A stretch of DNA of 64,000 nt from NCBI GenBank assembly GCA_018711085.1, contig DVIR01000060.1, forward strand, positions 7-64,006, read 5' to 3'. Every line of letters begins with the position of its first letter. Within the stretch, counting starts at the first letter, position 1. The notes beneath the pieces were generated by a model. The model was not told the DNA's origin. It worked only from the letters and a program-made list of their open reading frames with translations, and searched no databases. The position numbers were made by a program, and so were the translations under genes. This document shows positions 28,712-38,088 of this stretch, piece after piece. Source of the stretch: Candidatus Faeciplasma gallinarum (GTDB taxonomy: Bacteria; Bacillota; Clostridia; Oscillospirales; Ruminococcaceae).

Positions 28712-28885
28712 TATAAATACCTCTTTCTAAAATTATTACCTGCACCATAGACAGCGGCGGGTACTTTTCCTCATATCAGGGCTTATCCCGCTGTCAGCGA
28801 ATGCGGTCAGATGATTTATTTGCGCGAAACTTACAAACGTGCCGCACATACATAAAATGATATCATATTCAAAGCACTTTGTAAA
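28712..28885 (-). promoter_or_regulatory. rpsO promoter plus a roughly 140-nt structured leader, a candidate S15 autoregulatory element
   Basis: On the minus strand: TTTACA (28880-28885), 17-nt spacer, TATCAT (28857-28862). The leader contains a long helix GACAGCGGG...CCCGCCGCTGTC (28750-28795). The regulatory role is inferred only. Confidence 0.35.
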
Positions 28886-28926
28886 GGTCTTTTTTGAAAA
28901 ATGACAAAGTTTTTTTCACAACCGTA

Positions 28927-28955
28927 TTGACCATAGGTGTGATTTGTGCTACATT
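28927..28955 (+). promoter_or_regulatory. Candidate promoter for the 29036 permease gene
   Basis: TTGACC, 17-nt spacer with TGC (extended -10), then TACATT. Confidence 0.45.
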
Positions 28956-29035
28956 GAATAAGTTCGCCGCATACATAATTATATTACAGTATTTTAGCGG
29001 CAAAGTCAACATATTTAATGAGGGGTACTTAATTT

Positions 29036-30157
29036 ATGACCGCATCTGTTGTTGCAGGCTTTTTAAAGAAGAATGTGGTTATGTGCATAGCCTTTTGCGC
29101 TGCGCTCATAACGTCGTTTGTAGTTCCGGTTGACGCCGAATACCTCGGGTACTTCGACTACAAGACGCTCGCGTGTCTTTTCAGCGTGCTCGCCGTGGTC
29201 TGTGCGCTCAAGGACGTGAATTTCTTTTACATCATAGCGGAAAAGACAGTTCAGAAATTTAAAAACCTTCGAGTTTGCGTGCTGGTTCTGGTGTACATAA
29301 CCTTTATAGGCTCGATGCTGATTGCAAACGACATGGCGCTTCTGACCTTTTTGCCGCTCGGATACATAGTTTTGTCCACCACCGGAAAAGAGCGCTACAT
29401 GGCGTACGTCTTTATCATGCAGAACATCGCCGCAAACCTCGGCGGAATGCTGACGCCGTTCGGAAATCCGCAGAACCTGTATTTGTACACAAAGTTTGAG
29501 ATACCGAACCTCGAGTTCATCAAAATCATGGCGCCAACGTTCATAGCCTCGATAGTGATAATAACGATATGCTGCCTGATACTCCCCTCCGAAAAGCTCA
29601 CGCTGCGTGACGAGCCGCCAAAGCTCGACGTAAAGCGCACGGCGTTTTACCTTGTGCTGTTTGTGCTTTCGATTGCAATGGTTTTCAGAGGCGTGCCGTA
29701 TCAGCTCGGAATGATAGTGATATTTGCGGCGCTGATGTTTGCGGACAGGCATGCGCTTGCAAGCGTGGACTATCCTTTGCTTCTGACCTTCGTTTTCTTC
29801 TTTATTTTTGCGGGAAACATGGCAAGGATACAGCCGGTTGTGACGCTGCTGTCGTCGCTTTTGGAAAAGAGCACTCTTTTGTTCAGCGTAATATGCTGCC
29901 AGTTTATCAGCAACGTGCCCTCGGCGATACTTCTTTCGGGATTTACCGACAACTATGCCGACCTGCTCGTCGGAGTGAACATAGGCGGCGTGGGAACGAT
30001 TATAGCGTCTTTGGCAAGCCTCATAACATTCCGTGAGTATCACAAGCACAACCCGAAAAAGACGCTGAGGTATCTTGCGGAGTTCTCTCTTTTAAACTTC
30101 GGCTTCTTAATTTTCCTGACGGTGTTCCAAACAATCATAGACACGATTTCTGCCTGA
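29036..30157 (+). CDS. Anion/citrate-transporter-like permease (ArsB/NhaD superfamily, YbiR-like)
   Basis: 373 aa, polytopic with about 10 TM helices and an internally repeated hydrophobic architecture. GAGGGG Shine-Dalgarno. Family assigned from overall resemblance only. Confidence 0.6.
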   Translation: MTASVVAGFLKKNVVMCIAFCAALITSFVVPVDAEYLGYFDYKTLACLFSVLAVVCALKDVNFFYIIAEKTVQKFKNLRVCVLVLVYITFIGSMLIANDMALLTFLPLGYIVLSTTGKERYMAYVFIMQNIAANLGGMLTPFGNPQNLYLYTKFEIPNLEFIKIMAPTFIASIVIITICCLILPSEKLTLRDEPPKLDVKRTAFYLVLFVLSIAMVFRGVPYQLGMIVIFAALMFADRHALASVDYPLLLTFVFFFIFAGNMARIQPVVTLLSSLLEKSTLLFSVICCQFISNVPSAILLSGFTDNYADLLVGVNIGGVGTIIASLASLITFREYHKHNPKKTLRYLAEFSLLNFGFLIFLTVFQTIIDTISA

Positions 30158-30204
30158 CGCCGCAGTAATAAGTGCCGCGGTACACATACCGCATCGCGCA
30201 TAAC

Positions 30205-30241
30205 AAAAGCCCGAACGGCAGCTGCCGCTCGGGCTTTTTTC
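30205..30241. terminator. Bidirectional intrinsic terminator between convergent genes
   Basis: Stem GCCCGA/TCGGGC with an inner GGCAGCTGCC palindrome, flanked by AAAA and TTTTTT. Confidence 0.75.
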
Positions 30242-31582
30242 TTATTTGTCAAGGTTTCTTACAGAGTCCTCGTAATCCTTACGCAATTTGTCCTCCGCCT
30301 CGTCACGCAAAAACTTTCTTCTTGCGTATTCCGTCTCGCCAAGGTTTCCGGCGAGGTAGTTTTCCTCGTTTGTATATGCCGTGTTGTCAAGAAATGCATT
30401 GAGCGTGCGCTCGCGATCGTCGAGATTTCTGAGTTTTTTCTCGTACTCGTCACGGAGCTTTTTGCGCTCCTTCTCTTTTTCAAGCTCTTCTTCAAGCTGC
30501 TCCTCACGCAGCTCTTCTTCCTGCGCAAGCCTTTTTCTAAGCTCATCAAGGCGCTGTTTTTCATAAAACTTTTTATCCTCGATTTCTCTTTCAAGAACCT
30601 CCTCACAGATGCTGTCTATCTGAGGGTCTTTCATGGAATCGGGGACGTTCGCATAAAAGTCAGTGCGGAATTTCATCGCTTCGATAAAGACAAAGTCAAA
30701 GTTTTTGCCGAGTCCGCGGTTTATCAAAACCTCGATCAACCTGTCTATGTCGGCCTTTGCAACGCCGTACTTTCCGTTTTTAACCCAGAACGCAAAGGCG
30801 TATATATGCAAGCTGTAGGCATACTTTATCCACTGCTTTTTGTAGTCCTTGTCGAACCAGTACTTGCCTCTTTTCAGCCTGTCCCACTTTTCGACGTCAA
30901 AGGGCTTGGGTCTGAACATTTCCCAGTTGTTGTCCTTAAATTCCCGATACATGCAGTCCGCAACATGCTGCACAAGCAGTCCTTCGGGTATGCTTGCCTT
31001 GGCATCATGAGCGTTATCGTATGCGGACGAATCGAACATCAGCTCCCATGCGATCTTATAGTCGTTCGGTATGGGATACTTTTTGCCGTCCGGACCTTCC
31101 ATTTCAACCGTGTCATTTGTCATTGCGTAAATCGCCTTTTTCGTCTTATCCTTGGCAACGCCGCGCATGGACATCAAATAAGCGAAAATTACAATGTACA
31201 CTACGATAAGTGCAATAACAAAAATCACATTGGCAGTGCCCGTATCAATAAACTCGGAGGGCGTCATAAACGTTCCGTCGCTTTTCATGAAAATATTGGT
31301 AAGGAATGTGACAAAGCATCCTACAGAGCCGAGCAGCAAATTTATGCGCCTTTGAATCTTTTCTCTTTCTGTGTCAAGCGGCTGAGGTATCGAAAACCAC
31401 ATGTTCACAGCCATTGCCACGGGCGTCACAAAAAAGCATGCGCCGGCCCAATACCACACCCAATTGAGCAGGCATGACAAGACAAACAGCGCCGCCGAGA
31501 ACACAAACCCGACGGTGCTATAGCCTGTGCCTTTCTTCTTATTAAAAATAGGGACAAATTTCTTTGAATTGTTTGCACTCAT
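30242..31582 (-). CDS. Hypothetical membrane protein: 4 TM helices, a globular domain and a Glu/Lys/Arg-rich coiled coil
   Basis: 446 aa from the ATG at 31582 (GGGAGTG Shine-Dalgarno). I recognise no family motif. Confidence 0.6.
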   Translation of the reverse strand: MSANNSKKFVPIFNKKKGTGYSTVGFVFSAALFVLSCLLNWVWYWAGACFFVTPVAMAVNMWFSIPQPLDTEREKIQRRINLLLGSVGCFVTFLTNIFMKSDGTFMTPSEFIDTGTANVIFVIALIVVYIVIFAYLMSMRGVAKDKTKKAIYAMTNDTVEMEGPDGKKYPIPNDYKIAWELMFDSSAYDNAHDAKASIPEGLLVQHVADCMYREFKDNNWEMFRPKPFDVEKWDRLKRGKYWFDKDYKKQWIKYAYSLHIYAFAFWVKNGKYGVAKADIDRLIEVLINRGLGKNFDFVFIEAMKFRTDFYANVPDSMKDPQIDSICEEVLEREIEDKKFYEKQRLDELRKRLAQEEELREEQLEEELEKEKERKKLRDEYEKKLRNLDDRERTLNAFLDNTAYTNEENYLAGNLGETEYARRKFLRDEAEDKLRKDYEDSVRNLDK

Positions 31583-31699
31583 TTTTATACACTCCCGTAT
31601 CCGCCGAAGATCACGCGGGTAATACCGGCTGCGGGGCATGCATGCCCCATAGCCGTGCCGGAGAAAGAAGCAGCGCAGTGCTGCGATATTTACTTTATC

Positions 31700-32563
31700 T
31701 TATCTTGATACAGCTATCTTTGCGGCCGTGTAGGTGTTTCTCATGAGCATGGCTATAGTCATGGGTCCCACGCCGCCCGGAACAGGGGTTATGTATCCCG
31801 CAACCTTTGAGACCTCGTCAAAGTCCACATCTCCACAGAGCTTGCCGCTTTCGTCTCTGTCCATTCCGACATCTATAACTACTGCTCCCGGCTTGACCAT
31901 GTCAGCCTTTATCATCTTTGCCTTTCCGGTTGCGACGACGAGTATATCCGCCTCAAGGCATTCTTTTTTGAGGTCTGCGGTCTTTGAGTGGCATATTGTC
32001 ACCGTGCCGTTAGCGTGCAGCAAAAGCATTGCCATCGGCTTGCCGACGATATTGCTTCTTCCCACTACAACGCATTTCTTTCCCGCAATCTCCACGCCCG
32101 TTGACTTGATAAGCTCCATGATTCCCGCAGGGGTGCATGGCAAGAAATTATAGTCGCCCGTCATTATCCTGCCCACGTTTATCGGGTGGAATGCATCCAC
32201 ATCCTTGAGCGGGGATATGGTTTCGATTACCGACTTCTCGTCTATGTGCTTTGGCAAGGGCAGCTGGCAGAGTATGCCGTGAACCGCGGGGTCTCTGTTG
32301 AGCTTTTCTATAAGCTCCTTGAGAACAACCTCCGGCGTCTCATCCGGCATCAGGTATTCAAACGACTGAAATCCCACGTCCTCGCATGCTTTTTTCTTGT
32401 TTCTTACGTATATCTTCGATGCGGGATCCTCGCCTACAAGTATTACCGCAAGTCCCGGCTTTACGCCGGTCTTTGTTATGAACCCCTTTGTGTCCTGCTT
32501 TATCTGTTCACGTATGCTTGCCGAAATTGCTTTTCCGTCAATTATTTTTGCTGTGTTCGCCAT
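31700..32563 (-). CDS. folD: Bifunctional methylenetetrahydrofolate dehydrogenase/cyclohydrolase
   Basis: [10 protein letters not shown]-terminus, [18 protein letters not shown]-binding region, PGGVGPMT. Start at 32563 behind AGGAGGAG. Confidence 0.9.
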   Translation of the reverse strand: MANTAKIIDGKAISASIREQIKQDTKGFITKTGVKPGLAVILVGEDPASKIYVRNKKKACEDVGFQSFEYLMPDETPEVVLKELIEKLNRDPAVHGILCQLPLPKHIDEKSVIETISPLKDVDAFHPINVGRIMTGDYNFLPCTPAGIMELIKSTGVEIAGKKCVVVGRSNIVGKPMAMLLLHANGTVTICHSKTADLKKECLEADILVVATGKAKMIKADMVKPGAVVIDVGMDRDESGKLCGDVDFDEVSKVAGYITPVPGGVGPMTIAMLMRNTYTAAKIAVSR

Positions 32564-32644
32564 ATTTCTCCTCCTAAACATTCCCTATATACAGCACATG
32601 GCTGCCGGCAATTTTCCGGCAGCGTCCGCGCTTGGTGTACTTAA

Positions 32645-33940
32645 TTATTTGTCTGTTTTCGTGTCGTTTTCCTCGTCTGAATCGGCGGCCTTCTTTGGCT
32701 CTTCGGCATAGGAATCTGAAGAATCGGGTGCGTTTTTCTGCTCAGAGCCGCTGTTTTCTTCCTCGGCATCCTCAGTATCCGAAGAGTCCTCCGCGTCCGC
32801 GCTTTCCGTTTCGGCATCCGAAGGCGTTTCCTCGCCCGAGCTTTCATTCACATTCTCGCCCTCTGCATCCGCGGCAAGTATATGCTCCTCAACCTCGTCA
32901 TCTGCGTTCTTTCCGCGCTTTCTGCGGGATTTGAGGTTCTTTTCATCGTACAGCCGCAGCAGTTCCTTTGACTCGTCGGTGGCGTAGTAGAACGTGTAGC
33001 CCTTTTTCTTGACCGTCACATACATATATATCAGCAATGCGGCGGCAAATATTACACAGGTTCCCGCTACGAGCTGAGAAACCTTCAGCTTGAGAGTTTC
33101 GGTGTTCACAAGGTACAGGCTGTCCGTTCTCAGTCCCTCTATCCAGAACCTTCCCAGTCCGTACCATCCTATATACAGCAGGAATATCTCTCCGTCAAAC
33201 TTGCGGTGCTTTGAATAGAAGTGAAGCGCCAGGAATCCCACAAGGCACCACAGCGATTCATACAAAAAGCACGGGTGCGCTATCATATCGAGTGCGCGGT
33301 TTGCTATGACGCTGACGTTTTCGGGGTAGTAGAAGAAGTACAGCTCGTTTAAGATATCCTTTGAAACCATGCCCCACGGGAGCGAGGTCTTTGAGCCGAA
33401 CGCCTCCTGATTGAAGAAGTTGCCCCAGCGTCCTATGCACTGGCCTATCAAAAATCCGAGTCCGGCAAGGTCAAGCAGCGGCGCGATTTTGACTTTTCGT
33501 ATCTTTGCAACCAAAAGTCCGAATATCAGTGCGCCTATTACGCCGCCGTAAATTGCAAGTCCGCCGTCACGTATGCTCAGAGCAGCCCACAAATCAAACG
33601 TTCCCTCATCGGTGAGGTACTTGTCAAGGCTGAATACTACGTAGTACGCTCTTGCTCCGATTATTCCGCCTATGAAGCCCGCAAGAACCGTATCGGTAAA
33701 TCTGTCCGGCTCCAAACCGAACTTTCTGACTCTTCTGTACGCATATATCATCGCCAGAACCATGCCCAAAGCTATGAGAAAACCGTACCAGTAAATCTCA
33801 AGGTTCAAGCCGGGTATTGTGAACATGACGTTGTCTATCTTGATTCCGTTCTCGAAAAGTCCGCTGTTGGGGAAGTATATCACCCCTCCGTCGCTGTCTA
33901 AAAGCTCACGAACGAAATCCGCTGTCATGGATAATAGCAT
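32645..33940 (-). CDS. lgt: Prolipoprotein diacylglyceryl transferase with an acidic C-terminal tail
   Basis: Polytopic core with the GRWGNFFNQEAFG motif. The last roughly 110 aa are Asp/Glu/Ser-rich. Confidence 0.85.
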   Translation of the reverse strand: MLLSMTADFVRELLDSDGGVIYFPNSGLFENGIKIDNVMFTIPGLNLEIYWYGFLIALGMVLAMIYAYRRVRKFGLEPDRFTDTVLAGFIGGIIGARAYYVVFSLDKYLTDEGTFDLWAALSIRDGGLAIYGGVIGALIFGLLVAKIRKVKIAPLLDLAGLGFLIGQCIGRWGNFFNQEAFGSKTSLPWGMVSKDILNELYFFYYPENVSVIANRALDMIAHPCFLYESLWCLVGFLALHFYSKHRKFDGEIFLLYIGWYGLGRFWIEGLRTDSLYLVNTETLKLKVSQLVAGTCVIFAAALLIYMYVTVKKKGYTFYYATDESKELLRLYDEKNLKSRRKRGKNADDEVEEHILAADAEGENVNESSGEETPSDAETESADAEDSSDTEDAEEENSGSEQKNAPDSSDSYAEEPKKAADSDEENDTKTDK

Positions 33941-33980
33941 TTTTTATTCCGCCCTTTCGTCGTTAAAATATCGGGTGTTA

Positions 33981-35267
33981 TCACTGCTGTGCAGGCTCCA
34001 CTATTGAAAGGGAGGAGTTTTCCTGACAAAGCAGCTCGTCTATCGCCCCCATAACATCCTCGTACTTTAAGGACGCAAGGGTTTCTATTGCATCAAACGG
34101 CTGTGCCGAGTTGATGTATGAGTCAAGCATCAGCGATGCGCAGCTTTCTACGTTTGCAAAAGCTCTTATCGCAGAGGCGTACCTCGATTTCTTCATATCG
34201 TTAAAGTCCTCGCAGCTTATGCCCTCTCGCTTCACTCTTTTTATCTCTTCGTTTATAAGCTCTCTGAGCTTGACGGGGTCTTTTGACTCTCCTTCTATTA
34301 TGTTTACGAAGAACCCTTCGCCGTCTATCGTCTCTGAGCCGAACGTGGAGTTTATGAGTCCCGCCTCGAGGTTCTTCTTATAAAACTCCGATGTCGGGCC
34401 GAATATGAGATCCATCAAAAACGCGCTCTCATACTCTTTCTTTATCATTTGTGCGCCTATGCAGGGAGATGCCTTAAATCCCACGGCGAAAATCGGGACG
34501 CCTACAGGCATTTTGCAAACGCATTCGCTTTGTGCGACGCCTGACGGCTCGTCGGGGAAAATTGACCTTAGCTCGAAGTCCTCGCAGGGCTTTAAGAGCT
34601 TATCCGCGACCTCCAAAACATCGTCAACCTTGCAGTTTCCCGCAACCGACAGCACCATATTGTGAAGATTATAAAACGTGTTGTAGCAGCGGTACAACAG
34701 ATCCGCATCGATTTTTGCAATCGACTCCACCGTTCCCGCTATGTCTATTCTTATCGGGTGCTTGTAGTACACCGCCTTGAGCAGGTTGAAGAGCACTGCG
34801 CGATAGGGGTTGTCCTCGCACATTTTTATTTCCTGTCCGATTATGCCCTGCTCCTTGTCAACAGTCGCCTGAGTGAAATACGGCTTTTGCACAAAGTCCA
34901 AAAGTATCGACAGCGACTCCTTGAAGTTAGACGTGCAGCTGAACAGATACGCTGTCTTATTAAAGGATGTGTATGCGTTTCCGCTTGCTCCCGTCCTGGC
35001 ATACAGCTCAAACACATCGCAGTCCTCGTTTTCAAAGAGCTTATGCTCCAAAAAGTGCGCTATGCCTTCCGGAACGGTGACATAATCGGCGTCCTTCTTT
35101 GTCTTAAAGGTGGTGTTTACAGAGCCGTATTTTGTTCCGAACAGGGCGTATGCCGTGTTGTATCCCTCCATCTCCATGACGTATATGGACAGTCCGGAGG
35201 GATGCTTGATGTAATAATACTTCTCGCCTGTTCTTTCGTTTACGACAAGCTGTTTTTCATAATTCAT
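33981..35267 (-). CDS. M16 (pitrilysin/insulinase) family zinc peptidase, active-type subunit
   Basis: HFLEH (HxxEH) zinc motif near the N-terminus. 428 aa. Confidence 0.8.
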   Translation of the reverse strand: MNYEKQLVVNERTGEKYYYIKHPSGLSIYVMEMEGYNTAYALFGTKYGSVNTTFKTKKDADYVTVPEGIAHFLEHKLFENEDCDVFELYARTGASGNAYTSFNKTAYLFSCTSNFKESLSILLDFVQKPYFTQATVDKEQGIIGQEIKMCEDNPYRAVLFNLLKAVYYKHPIRIDIAGTVESIAKIDADLLYRCYNTFYNLHNMVLSVAGNCKVDDVLEVADKLLKPCEDFELRSIFPDEPSGVAQSECVCKMPVGVPIFAVGFKASPCIGAQMIKKEYESAFLMDLIFGPTSEFYKKNLEAGLINSTFGSETIDGEGFFVNIIEGESKDPVKLRELINEEIKRVKREGISCEDFNDMKKSRYASAIRAFANVESCASLMLDSYINSAQPFDAIETLASLKYEDVMGAIDELLCQENSSLSIVEPAQQ

Positions 35268-35268
35268 A

Positions 35269-36537
35269 TTACTGCTCTCCTATGTTCCTGAGTACAAATA
35301 CCGTGTCAAGCTTCATCTGTGCGGCAAGCTGTATCACCTGCTCGCGTGTGACCTCGCAAAGCTTTTCGGCATACTCCTGCGGCGTCAGAATTTCATTTCT
35401 TTGATTGCACCTGAAGTACCACAGATCTATCGATGAAATTCTGTCCTCGCTCGAGCTGTATGCATTTGCAAGGTATAGCTTGGCGTTTGCAAGCTCGTCG
35501 TCAGTGAACTCTCCGTTTGCTATCAAAGAAAGCTGGTGGATTATCTCGTCTTTTGCCTTATCTATGTTGTCGAACTCCACTGCGCTGACTACGAACATCG
35601 TTCCCTTTGTCTCGGAGTAAATTGACTGGCAGAAGTAGCAAAGGCTCATCTTTTCCCTCACGTTTGCAAAGAGCTTTGAAAAAGTCGAGCCGCCGTAAAC
35701 GCAGGACATTACCTGCGCCACACGCAGATCATGCGTCTTTGGCTTAAAGGCGAGAACAAGGTTTGCCTGAGAAACGTCCATTTTCTCCTCGGCGTATGCG
35801 GTGTCGGCCTTTACAGCGCTGTAATCGAAGTATTTCGGGTCGGCAAAGCTTGTCCTTGCGGTGTCGAACGCATGGCTGAGAAGCTTTTCCGCCTCGTCAA
35901 AGTCGCCATGTCCGCAAAGGGATATTTCAACCTTTGCCTCCGACAGGAGCTTTTTATAGACCTCGTATGCCTTTTGCGGGGTGACGGATTCAACCTCTTC
36001 CCTGCTGCCGTAATGCTTTGACGCACTCGGCTCGCCCTCATAGACGGTCTTGAACGCCTCGCTGAGAGCGTAGGAAACCTTGTCGTTTATCTCTGCATCT
36101 ATGGAGTCTAAAAAATCCTTTCTTCTCATCTCAAACTCCGCCGCGGCAAAGCCTCCGTTTTCAAGTGCGGGGCGGAATATGCAGCCCAAAAGTATCTGCG
36201 ATGCCGGCTCGGCTATTTTGTCGCCGTCCAGAGCATACACGTCCGAAAGGTAATCTATGCACACTGTCACCTCGTACATTCCGCCGATCTGAGAGGCAGA
36301 ACCGGTGACAGTTGTTCCGTAAAGCGCATTCAGTTTCTTGTTAAGGAGCGTTCCTGTCGGGTAATCCTCGCTTGAGGATGTGATCACTGACGGGATAAGT
36401 GCAAGTGCAGCCGCGTCTTCTCTTTTATATTCGGTCAGGAACCTGACGTAGACCGAGTTAGTTTTGAACTTGGAATCGGCTATTTTCGATATTGCGACTC
36501 CTCCGCCTAACTCTGTCCTCTTATATGCTGTTTGCAA
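35269..36537 (-). CDS. M16 family peptidase-like protein lacking the HxxEH motif (non-catalytic partner type)
   Basis: 422 aa, the size of an M16 two-domain protein, with no HxxEH. Its stop lies 1 nt before the next gene's start. TTG start behind GAGGTGA. Confidence 0.7.
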   Translation of the reverse strand: MQTAYKRTELGGGVAISKIADSKFKTNSVYVRFLTEYKREDAAALALIPSVITSSSEDYPTGTLLNKKLNALYGTTVTGSASQIGGMYEVTVCIDYLSDVYALDGDKIAEPASQILLGCIFRPALENGGFAAAEFEMRRKDFLDSIDAEINDKVSYALSEAFKTVYEGEPSASKHYGSREEVESVTPQKAYEVYKKLLSEAKVEISLCGHGDFDEAEKLLSHAFDTARTSFADPKYFDYSAVKADTAYAEEKMDVSQANLVLAFKPKTHDLRVAQVMSCVYGGSTFSKLFANVREKMSLCYFCQSIYSETKGTMFVVSAVEFDNIDKAKDEIIHQLSLIANGEFTDDELANAKLYLANAYSSSEDRISSIDLWYFRCNQRNEILTPQEYAEKLCEVTREQVIQLAAQMKLDTVFVLRNIGEQ

Positions 36538-36621
36538 TAGGACTCACCTCATTAGAAATAGATATTTGTATTCTACCACAGCATGCCGATTTATGCAAGT
36601 GTCCGCAAGAGTTGTCCGCAA

Positions 36622-36665
36622 TAAAAAGCAAAAACCCGTTCCCGCGCAAAATACGCAGAAACGGG
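36622..36665 (-). terminator. Intrinsic terminator after the CPA2 antiporter gene
   Basis: Minus-strand hairpin CCCGTTT...AACGGG followed by TTTTTGCTTTTTAT. Confidence 0.75.
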
Positions 36666-36694
36666 CTAGCATCATTATTTAAAACACTCCGCAA

Positions 36695-37930
36695 TTAAGT
36701 GTTTGCGTTTGCCTGACTGTCAGGCGCAACCGGAGGGTTGTGACCTGCGAGCGCAGCCTTTTTGTCATCATGCCTAAACAAAATCTTGAGCACTATAGGC
36801 GTTGCGAGCGACGATACGAGTATCAAAAGTATTACCGCCGTGAAGAACCTGTCATCGAGCAGTCCCGCGCCAAGTCCCTTTTGCGCAACTATCAGTGCGA
36901 CCTCGCCTCTTGTCATCATGCCGACGCCGACTTTAAGCGAGTCGCCCCAGCTGAGCTTGAACGCCTTTGCCATAAGTCCGCAGCCGATGATCTTTGCCAC
37001 AAGTCCCACAAGCACGAAGCATATCGAGAAGAGTATAAGCTGAGAGTCTATGTTGTCAAAGCTCGACTTGATACCGATGCTTGCAAAGAATATCGGGCCG
37101 AAGAACAGGTAGGAGCTTACATCCACCTTTTCGTTGATATACTTTGAATCCTGGAGGTTGCAAAGGATTATACCGGCAACGTATGCTCCGGTGATGTCCG
37201 CAACTCCGAAGTACTTATCAGCTATGTACGCCATTGCAAGGCAGAGGGCAAAGCCGAGTATCGGTATTCTTCTGTGATGAGGGGCGCGCTTGTCGAGGAA
37301 TTTGAACACATAGTAGATTGCAACACCCACAACAGCGCAGAACACAAGGTATAAAAGCGTCTTGAGCGTAACGGCAAGCACTCCGCCGCTATCTGAGTTG
37401 TCGGCGCCGCTTATACCTATGACGAACGTCAAAACAATTATTCCTATTACATCGTCTATTACAGCCGCTCCGGTTATGATGGTTCCTATTCGTCCCTCAA
37501 GCTTTCCCAACTCCTTAAGAACCTCAACCGTAATGCTTACGCTTGTTGCGGTTAAAATAGTGCCGATGAACAAAGCCTTATAAAATCCTTCCGTTCCTAT
37601 GGCAGAGAATCCGTAGAAGCAGGAGTACAAAAGAGTTCCTCCAACCAACGGCACAAACACTCCCGCGCACGCCACTAAAAGCGCAACCGGTCCGGATTTG
37701 ATAAGCTCCTTGAGGTTTGTGGTGAGTCCCGCCATGAACATCAGCATGACCACGCCGATTTCCGCAAAAATACTGAGTTCATCCGACTCCGTAACCCAGC
37801 CGAGCAGCGGACCTATCAAAAGTCCCGCTATGATCTCTCCTACCACCTGAGGAGCGCCGAATTTCTTGGCAACCAGTCCCAGTACCTTGGCGGAAATAAG
37901 TATGATCGCTAAATCGCGAAATATCTCCAT
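36695..37930 (-). CDS. Cation:proton antiporter (CPA2 / Kef-type membrane domain, no KTN domain)
   Basis: About 411 aa with 12-13 TM helices. Typical N-terminus LAIILISAKVLGLVAKKFGAPQVVGEIIAGLLIGP. Start at the ATG at 37930 behind GAAGGTGG. Confidence 0.85.
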   Translation of the reverse strand: MEIFRDLAIILISAKVLGLVAKKFGAPQVVGEIIAGLLIGPLLGWVTESDELSIFAEIGVVMLMFMAGLTTNLKELIKSGPVALLVACAGVFVPLVGGTLLYSCFYGFSAIGTEGFYKALFIGTILTATSVSITVEVLKELGKLEGRIGTIITGAAVIDDVIGIIVLTFVIGISGADNSDSGGVLAVTLKTLLYLVFCAVVGVAIYYVFKFLDKRAPHHRRIPILGFALCLAMAYIADKYFGVADITGAYVAGIILCNLQDSKYINEKVDVSSYLFFGPIFFASIGIKSSFDNIDSQLILFSICFVLVGLVAKIIGCGLMAKAFKLSWGDSLKVGVGMMTRGEVALIVAQKGLGAGLLDDRFFTAVILLILVSSLATPIVLKILFRHDDKKAALAGHNPPVAPDSQANANT

Positions 37931-38088
37931 TGATTCCACCTTCTATACATACAAGTTTTCTATGCTACTTATTATACACCGGTTTTTTCAGTTTTCAAGA
38001 AGGGAAAATAAATCAGTTGATTTGCAACAAAAAACTTAATATAATGTAGATAATTATTATCTATTAGAAAGGCAGAGCGGAACAAATT

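Noticed and set aside
28894-29133. 79-aa plus-strand ORF overlapping the permease promoter and 5' end.
   Set aside because: It starts upstream of the predicted -35/-10 elements and runs out of frame into the permease CDS. It has no Shine-Dalgarno.
29063-30049. 328-aa minus-strand ORF antisense to the 29036-30157 permease.
   Set aside because: Its Arg/His/Tyr/Lys-rich composition mirrors the reverse complement of a TM-rich gene. It has no ribosome-binding site and no motif. The plus-strand gene has a promoter, a Shine-Dalgarno and a terminator.
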